From Clostridia bacterium (GTDB taxonomy: Bacteria; Bacillota; Clostridia; UMGS1883): a stretch of 20,907 bases of DNA. The position numbers were made by a program, and so were the translations under genes. The DNA is taken from NCBI GenBank assembly GCA_051866635.1, contig JBJDXJ010000004.1:1-20907 (forward strand), read 5' to 3'. The notes below the pieces were generated by a model that had not been told where the DNA came from, did no database searches, and worked only from the letters and a program-made list of their open reading frames with translations. Position 1 is the first letter of the stretch. Each line of letters begins with the position of its first letter. Shown one piece after another: positions 14,845 to 20,907 of this stretch.

Positions 14845-16053
14845 TTAGTTTGTACTTACATATGTCAGCGGATCTGCGGTCTGACCGTTAATTCTTACTT
14901 CAAAATGCAAATGGTTACCCGTGGACACACCTGTTGAACCAATCTTCGCAATTGTCTGTCCTTTCTTCACCTTATCACCGCTACTAACAAGAAGTGAACT
15001 GCAATGTCCGTACAATGTGGTGATTCCGCTACCATGGTTAATAACTATGTATTTACCATAACCAGAACCGTACTTTGCCGTTACAACAGTACCATCCTCT
15101 GCGGCTACAATGGGCAGGCCGTATGCGGCACCGATGTCAATACCTGAGTGAAATTTTTTAGTTTTATACACAGGATGTATTCTGTAACCGTATTTAGAAG
15201 TAATACGCTTGCTGTTAGGCACAGGCCACTGAAATTTGCCGGAACCTGTATACACTGTCTTACTTCCGCTTTCCGCTTCCTTCTTTGCTAATGCTTCAAG
15301 CTCCTTCTGAACCTTCGCTTCGTCAGCCTCTGCCTTTTCGTAAGCCTTTTTATAAGCCTCTTCATCTGCCTGAAGCTGAGTAAGAAGAAGGGATTTTGAC
15401 TCCAGCCTGTAATCCAATTCTTCCTTTAAGGTGGCGAGAGATTCTCTTTTTGATTCATTTAAAGCCTTTTCTTCTTCGATAGCCTGCTTTGCCTGTGCAA
15501 TGGCATTACGGGAGGCAATCATATCCGCAAGCATCTTTTTGTCATATTCAACAATTTCTTTAATAAGCTCAATTCGTGATAAAAAATCACCAAAACTTGA
15601 GGCACCCAAAAGAACTTCAATGTAGGAGGTTGTTCTGTTTTCATACATTATTCTTGCACGGTTTTTGAATTCGTCATCATATTCCATACAATTCTGCTCT
15701 GCAATCTGAAGCTCCTGCTCCTTTATTATAAGGTCCGCCTCAGACTGGGCTATTGCCGCCTCTGTCTGTTCAATTTCATTTTCTGTTCTGTTTATTTCAG
15801 AGTCAATGCTTAAAACTTCCTTTTCCACATTGGCTTTATTTGCTTTAACATTATCAAGCTGCTTTTTTGCGTTGGCAGTATTCTGTTTTGCCTCGTCAAC
15901 CTCTTTTTGCAGTTCAGCCTTTGTTGCAGCATGGGCAACTGTTGTGAAAGCAGGATACAGTATACCTGCCAGAACCGCAATAGCAACCAATACAGCACAT
16001 ATGGAAGCACCTATACGTTTTCTTCTAGTTCTCTTATTTTCATGTTTATTCAT
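14845..16053 (-). CDS. Coiled-coil M23 peptidase (EnvC/PcsB-like architecture), probable FtsEX partner
   Basis: Signal peptide ending AHA; long coiled coil with YIEVLLGASSFGDFLSRIE; Zn motifs HSGID and HLHFEV intact. Confidence 0.9.
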   Translation of the reverse strand: MNKHENKRTRRKRIGASICAVLVAIAVLAGILYPAFTTVAHAATKAELQKEVDEAKQNTANAKKQLDNVKANKANVEKEVLSIDSEINRTENEIEQTEAAIAQSEADLIIKEQELQIAEQNCMEYDDEFKNRARIMYENRTTSYIEVLLGASSFGDFLSRIELIKEIVEYDKKMLADMIASRNAIAQAKQAIEEEKALNESKRESLATLKEELDYRLESKSLLLTQLQADEEAYKKAYEKAEADEAKVQKELEALAKKEAESGSKTVYTGSGKFQWPVPNSKRITSKYGYRIHPVYKTKKFHSGIDIGAAYGLPIVAAEDGTVVTAKYGSGYGKYIVINHGSGITTLYGHCSSLLVSSGDKVKKGQTIAKIGSTGVSTGNHLHFEVRINGQTADPLTYVSTN

Positions 16054-16076
16054 AGGTTTTCACTGCCTTTCCGTCA

Positions 16077-16964
16077 TTACACCTTAAGGTGCTTTACAAG
16101 TGCAATGAAACTTCCTATTGCACCCATAATTATACCGAAAATAAGTGTTGTTGCAAGCATGAACGGCAAAATTACCCAAAACGGTATAAGATTAAATATA
16201 TCCAAAAATTCCTTAATTGAGTTAAGAACTGCATTATAGCCGAAGCCTATCAAAACCATAGATATAATACCACCTATTATGCCTGTAAGAACACCTTCCA
16301 GAATGAAGGGCTTCCTTACAAACCCTGCGGTGGCACCAACGTACTTCATAATATGTATTTCGTCACGTCTTGCCGCCACGCTGAGCTTTATAGTGTTAGA
16401 TATTATAAATATTGCAACAACAACCAGAATAAGCATGGCAATAAGACTGCCCAGCTTAATAACATCTGTTACGTCAATTACCTTCTGTAAAATATCCTGA
16501 CGGTTTGTAACCTTTGCAATATTCGGGAGCATAGATATTTGTGTTGCAAGTGTTTTGGCCTGTTCAATATCAGTCATATTAATTTTAACACTGCTTCTGA
16601 GGAACTCCTCCCCCTGTAAGCCTTCAAGAGCCTCGGCATCATCGCCCAGATAGTCAACATATTCAGCCATTGCATCAGACTTTGACACAAAGGTACATTC
16701 ACTTACATTATTCATAGCGGCAATTGACTGATAGGCAATCTGTTCTTGCTCGCTTGTAGCATTTATATCAATATAAGCCTGAAGCTGGCACTGATTTCTG
16801 ATTTGTTCGCCAATATAGTTAACGTTGGCTGAAAGAAGCATGAAAACACCGAAAAGAAGCAAGCAGCTTGTTACGGTAATAATAGCTGTCACTGTCATTT
16901 CGCCGTTTCTTTTCATACATTTAATTGCGTTTTTCCAAAAGTAAAGCTGTCTGCTAATTACCAA
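16077..16964 (-). CDS. ftsX: Cell division permease-like protein FtsX
   Basis: Four TM helices; ISNTIKLSV.ARRDEI.IMKYVGAT..FVRKPFILEG; TTG 16964 behind GGAGG. Confidence 0.95.
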   Translation of the reverse strand: MVISRQLYFWKNAIKCMKRNGEMTVTAIITVTSCLLLFGVFMLLSANVNYIGEQIRNQCQLQAYIDINATSEQEQIAYQSIAAMNNVSECTFVSKSDAMAEYVDYLGDDAEALEGLQGEEFLRSSVKINMTDIEQAKTLATQISMLPNIAKVTNRQDILQKVIDVTDVIKLGSLIAMLILVVVAIFIISNTIKLSVAARRDEIHIMKYVGATAGFVRKPFILEGVLTGIIGGIISMVLIGFGYNAVLNSIKEFLDIFNLIPFWVILPFMLATTLIFGIIMGAIGSFIALVKHLKV

Positions 16965-17640
16965 TGTTATAGCCTCCCTTCTTTTCATCTCTTATAAGCA
17001 TACCCCTGTCAAGCTCAATAACACGCTTGTTCATATCATTAACTATTTTTTCGGAATGGGTTACCATGAGAATAGTTGTACCCTGATTATTAATTTCCTC
17101 GAAAAGCTCCATGATTGATGCCGCTGTCACATTGTCAAGGTTACCTGTAGGCTCGTCCGCAATAATTAAGGACGGCTTATTTACAAGTGCACGGGCAATG
17201 CCCACTCTCTGCTGTTCACCACCTGAAAGAGATGAAGGGTATTCTCTTGTCTTCTGGCTAAGGCCAACAAGCCTTAAAATGTTTGGAACCTCGGTTCTTA
17301 TTTCCTTTTTTGATGCACCTACAATTTCCATTGCCAGTGCAACATTTTCATAAACGGTTTTATCCCTCAAAAGTCTGAAATCCTGGAACACAACACCGAT
17401 TTTTCTTCTGTGATAGGGAATTTTTCTGTTCTTAAGTCCGTTCACCTTTACACCGTCAAGGTACACATCACCTGAAAAGGGCTTTATTTCAGCAGTTAAA
17501 AGCTTTATCGCCGAACTTTTACCTGCACCGGTCTTACCAACAAGGAACACAAATTCCCCCTTGTCTATATGAAAGGATACTTTATCTAAACCTGTCACAT
17601 TATTTTTATATATGACCGTAACATTATCAAAATCTATCAT
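16954..17640 (-). CDS. ftsE: Cell division ATP-binding protein FtsE
   Basis: GKTGAGKS, RRKIGVVFQDFRLL, LSGGEQQRV, IIADEPTGNLD. Confidence 0.96.
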   Translation of the reverse strand: MIDFDNVTVIYKNNVTGLDKVSFHIDKGEFVFLVGKTGAGKSSAIKLLTAEIKPFSGDVYLDGVKVNGLKNRKIPYHRRKIGVVFQDFRLLRDKTVYENVALAMEIVGASKKEIRTEVPNILRLVGLSQKTREYPSSLSGGEQQRVGIARALVNKPSLIIADEPTGNLDNVTAASIMELFEEINNQGTTILMVTHSEKIVNDMNKRVIELDRGMLIRDEKKGGYNIGN

Positions 17641-17667
17641 AGCATTTCCTTCCTCGCATAAACCATA

Positions 17668-18765
17668 TTAATAACGGTTCTGCGTATTATTAAGATATTT
17701 CTTAACCATCATCGCAACTTTGAAAACAATTGCATGGTCCAATATACGAAGATCCAATCCTGTTATCTTCTGAACCTTGTCAAGACGGTACACCAAAGTA
17801 TTTCTGTGAACATAAAGCTGGCGTGATGTTTCGGAAACATTAAGGTTATTTTCAAAAAACTTCTGTATTGTGAGAAGTGTTTCTCTGTCTAAAGAATCAA
17901 TCGAGCCGGATTTGAACACTTCGGATAAGAACAGCTCACACAAGGTTGTGGGAAGCTGATAAATGAGTCTTCCGATACCCAGGCTTTCATAATTTATAAC
18001 ACACTTTTCTTCATCAAAAGCCTTGCCCACTTCAATGGCAATCTGGGCTTCTCTGTAGCTCTTGGGAAGGTCACGGACACCTGTAATAACAGTGCCTATA
18101 CCTACGGTAACATTTATCATAACCTCACTTAAGAGTGTGTCAACAATAGTCTTCGCAATCTTTTCAAGCTCGTCAGATGTAACTGTATCTTCAACTTCTT
18201 TAACAAGCACAATATTTTCGCTGTCGATTGTAACTACGAAATCCTTATCTGTATCAGGGAAAAGGCCTTCTACAACTTCTCTGATATTAAGCTCATTGGC
18301 AGACATATTTTCATCTGCAATATTGAAAACCACACGCTTAACATCCCCGGAAAGATTGAGTTCCCTTGCTTTTGCGTAAATATCCCCGGGGAGAATATTA
18401 TCAAGAACAACATTTTTAATAAAGTTGCCTCTGTCATACTTTTCATCGTACAGAACCTTTACACCTGCCACCGCAACACCCAAAGCTCTGCAACATTTCA
18501 TAGCTTCTTCATCTGTGCCGAAAGCAAATGTTATATACTCCATCTGCCCTTGACCACATGCAAGGAAAGTACAGTCTGCAAAACGGTAAACATCCCCCTC
18601 ATTCTGGCAATTTTCCAAAATTGTCTCCACATGAGCATCCACTTCCCTGGGGCTGTTAGGTGAAATAATGAACCCTGTATCATCAATAACACCCAGTTTC
18701 CTTTCGAAAACATCTCTGAATTGATACACTAATGTTCTAACGTAATTGTTGGGCATCTTCCTCAC
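17668..18765 (-). CDS. CdaR/PucR-family transcriptional regulator
   Basis: C-terminal HTH NLNVSETSRQLYVHRNTLVYRLDK; GGDEF-like middle domain; alternative start ATG 18756. Confidence 0.9.
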   Translation of the reverse strand: MRKMPNNYVRTLVYQFRDVFERKLGVIDDTGFIISPNSPREVDAHVETILENCQNEGDVYRFADCTFLACGQGQMEYITFAFGTDEEAMKCCRALGVAVAGVKVLYDEKYDRGNFIKNVVLDNILPGDIYAKARELNLSGDVKRVVFNIADENMSANELNIREVVEGLFPDTDKDFVVTIDSENIVLVKEVEDTVTSDELEKIAKTIVDTLLSEVMINVTVGIGTVITGVRDLPKSYREAQIAIEVGKAFDEEKCVINYESLGIGRLIYQLPTTLCELFLSEVFKSGSIDSLDRETLLTIQKFFENNLNVSETSRQLYVHRNTLVYRLDKVQKITGLDLRILDHAIVFKVAMMVKKYLNNTQNRY

Positions 18766-18808
18766 TCCGTCCTCTTTAGTTTATACTTTCTGTACATAAT
18801 TTTATTTA

Positions 18809-18837
18809 ATTGTAGCATTTTTTTTTGTGTTTTTCAA
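18809..18837 (-). promoter_or_regulatory. Sigma-A promoter of the cdaR-ftsEX operon
   Basis: TTGAAA(18837-18832)-17-TGcTACAAT(18814-18809). Confidence 0.6.
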
Positions 18838-18875
18838 CACTATTCATGAAAATTTAATATATTTTAATGAAGACT

Positions 18876-18907
18876 TTGACACATTTTACAACTGCAACAT
18901 AAAATGT
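18876..18907 (+). promoter_or_regulatory. Promoter of DUF3343-cysteine desulfurase (sigma-A-like and/or sigma-K-like)
   Basis: TTGACA-18-TAAAAT overlapping AC-N17-CATAAAAT; inverted repeat ACATTTTA-N11-TAAAATGT. Confidence 0.45.
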
Positions 18908-18953
18908 ACTATAGCGTAAATCTCGTTACAATTATTGAAAATGGAGGAAAACA

Positions 18954-19205
18954 ATGCTTGCGACAGTAGCATCTATAAACAGTGCCAACAGAATACGGCA
19001 ATATGTTTCATCAAAGCATAACATACAGACAAAAATAATACAGACACCATCATCACTTACAAAAGAAGGTTGCGGCTACTCACTACGGTTTGAAGATAAG
19101 CACAAGAGTATTGTTTCCCGAGCCGCCAAAGAATTGAATATAAATATACGTTCATTTTTCAGAGAAGAAAAAGGTCCAAAGGGTACCGATTATATAAAGG
19201 AGTGA
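18954..19205 (+). CDS. DUF3343-like small protein
   Basis: SINSANR...IIQTPSSLTKEGCGYSLR motif; RBS GGAGG; typical neighbour of a cysteine desulfurase. Confidence 0.75.
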   Translation: MLATVASINSANRIRQYVSSKHNIQTKIIQTPSSLTKEGCGYSLRFEDKHKSIVSRAAKELNINIRSFFREEKGPKGTDYIKE

Positions 19206-19210
19206 TTTTT

Positions 19211-20326
19211 TTGGTATATCTTGACAACGCTGCAACAAGCTTTCCCAAGCCACGGGTGGTTATCGATGCTGTTTATAACTTTATGACACAGTGCGGTGCA
19301 AGCCCCGGCAGAGGAGGATATGACGAAGCCATACGTTCATCGGAAATAGTTTACGATTGTCGCTTTGCCATAGCAGACCTTTTTTCCATCCCCTCCCCTG
19401 ACAGGATTTTCTTTACTAAAAACTCCACAGAAGCAATAAATACTGCCATTTTCGGGCTTCTTAATCCCGGTGATGAAATCATTATTTCTTCAATGGAGCA
19501 TAACGCTGTAATGAGAAGTGCGTTTCACGCATCGAAAAGGGGAGCAGTGCTTAAAATAGCACAAGCAGATTCATTGGGCAGAGTTTCGCCTGAAAGTGTT
19601 CAAAGGTTAATCACAAAGAAAACAAAGCTTATCTGTATAATTCATTCATCAAATGTTTCAGGTACAATAAACGATATTTATAAAATTCAAAAAATTGCAT
19701 CCCGCTACCGCATTTATGCACTTTTCGACTGTGCACAAAGTGCCGGAGTAATCCCCATTGATGCATCAGGGCTTGACATGATTGCATTTTCAGGGCATAA
19801 AGGGCTTTTAGGTCCCATGGGTACAGGCGGTCTTTATGTAAGGGAAGGAATTAACCTAAACCCCCTTTTATACGGCGGCACAGGCAGTTATTCTGAAAGC
19901 CCCTATATGCCTGCATCTTTTCCCGACCGCTTCGAGGCAGGGACTATGAATGCGTCGGGTATAGCAGGGCTTTTAGAAGGTGTTAAATTTATAAAGCGTG
20001 AAGGTGTGTTCGAGAAAGAAAAGGAAATTACAGAGTATCTTTATGACTCTCTTTCATCTGTTGACGGTATAATTATCCCCGGCGAAAGAGTCAGAACAAG
20101 TGCAATCAGTATAGTCGTACCATCCTTTGACTCGGTATCTTTGGCAGAAGAATTAAACAGTTCCTATTCTATAGCAGTTCGTGCAGGGCTTCACTGTGCT
20201 CCCATGGCACACAGGACATTGTCCACAAGCCACACGGGAACAGTACGCTTTTCACCCGGATTTTTCACAGAAAAGTCAGATGTTGATTACGCCGTAAATT
20301 CATTAAAAAAAATTATAGGAAAATAA
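19211..20326 (+). CDS. Cysteine desulfurase family protein (class V PLP aminotransferase)
   Basis: YLDNAATSFPKP, MEHNAV, FSGHKGLLGP (PLP Lys), RAGLHCAP (catalytic Cys); TTG 19211 behind AAGGAG. Confidence 0.92.
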   Translation: MVYLDNAATSFPKPRVVIDAVYNFMTQCGASPGRGGYDEAIRSSEIVYDCRFAIADLFSIPSPDRIFFTKNSTEAINTAIFGLLNPGDEIIISSMEHNAVMRSAFHASKRGAVLKIAQADSLGRVSPESVQRLITKKTKLICIIHSSNVSGTINDIYKIQKIASRYRIYALFDCAQSAGVIPIDASGLDMIAFSGHKGLLGPMGTGGLYVREGINLNPLLYGGTGSYSESPYMPASFPDRFEAGTMNASGIAGLLEGVKFIKREGVFEKEKEITEYLYDSLSSVDGIIIPGERVRTSAISIVVPSFDSVSLAEELNSSYSIAVRAGLHCAPMAHRTLSTSHTGTVRFSPGFFTEKSDVDYAVNSLKKIIGK

Positions 20327-20402
20327 AAAAAGCACTTTATTTTAATAAGATTTCATTGTATAATAGAATAAAGTATTATGATGAAATCGAGGTGTCTGTG
20401 CG

Positions 20403-20907
20403 GTGACTTCTTTTTTGAATAATATTGTCGAATTTTTTTCGCTTCTTCGCCCTGCTGATGTTATTGATGTGGCTATTGTCGCCTATGTGTTTTACATATT
20501 CAGCGATCTTATCCGCGAAGCACGTGTCTGGCAGATTTTAAAAGGTATTATTCTGTTTATCTTAGCAACATGGATAAGTGGTATTCTTCAGCTTCATGCC
20601 ATAAACTTTATTTTAAGAAATACTATGCAGGTGGGTATTCTTGCCCTGGTAATTCTTTTCCAGCCTGAATTAAGGCGTATGCTTGAAAAAATCGGCAGAA
20701 CGAATTTTGAGTCCCTTTTCCGTGAAAATCAGGCAGATATGGTAAAAACAGCTTCCGAAATTACAAAAGCGGCATGTGCTCTGTCCCGTGCAAGGTTGGG
20801 TGCCCTAATTGTTATTGAGGGTAATTCAGGCTTAAGTGACATTTTCGGCACAGGTACACAGATTAACGCCACAGTTTCATCAGACCTTTTAATAACGATA
20901 TTCTTTG
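20403..20907 (+). CDS. cdaA: Diadenylate cyclase CdaA (5' part, runs off the window)
   Basis: Not in the ORF track. Manual translation from GTG 20403 (RBS GAGGTG): ..DVIDVAIVAYVFY..QILKGI..LVILFQPELRRMLEKIGR..GALIVIE..TGTQINATVSSDLLITIFF. Confidence 0.92.
   Translation, partial: MTSFLNNIVEFFSLLRPADVIDVAIVAYVFYIFSDLIREARVWQILKGIILFILATWISGILQLHAINFILRNTMQVGILALVILFQPELRRMLEKIGRTNFESLFRENQADMVKTASEITKAACALSRARLGALIVIEGNSGLSDIFGTGTQINATVSSDLLITIFF

Noticed and set aside
13924-18713. Short ORFs overlapping dac, M23, ftsX, ftsE and cdaR
   Set aside because: Antisense or off-frame shadows
20327-20402. Riboswitch or terminator upstream of cdaA
   Set aside because: Short AT-rich spacer with only a TATAAT and an RBS; no stable structure

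Overview
Chromosomal window from an endospore-forming Clostridia-like Firmicute (spoVT, SASP, ftsEX, ireB, cdaA). Core content, left to right: a group-B-like monomeric [FeFe]-hydrogenase and NfnAB-like pair; a small membrane ORF, ECF sigma factor and anti-sigma; a YtqB/MnmM-like methyltransferase; spoVT; an alpha/beta SASP; a minus-strand run of CdaR-type regulator, ftsE, ftsX, M23 peptidase, D,D-carboxypeptidase, ireB and tRNA-Leu(TAG); then DUF3343, a cysteine desulfurase and a partial cdaA. Two integrase-less insertions interrupt this backbone. (1) A ~1.7 kb islet carries only an AAA_14/DUF4143 ATPase and is bounded by a perfect 27-bp duplication of the methyltransferase 3' end. (2) A ~3.7 kb eroded island at the tRNA-Leu 3' end is bounded by a degenerate tRNA-end copy. 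It carries an IS3 relic, a secreted repeat protein with an OmpR/histidine kinase pair, a flavodoxin pseudogene, and a ~210-bp non-coding element of GTGAAAT/ATTTCAC heptamers alternating with hairpins. That element could fold into stacked four-way junctions and is the best candidate for something undescribed. All family assignments come from motif recognition by eye; no searches were run.
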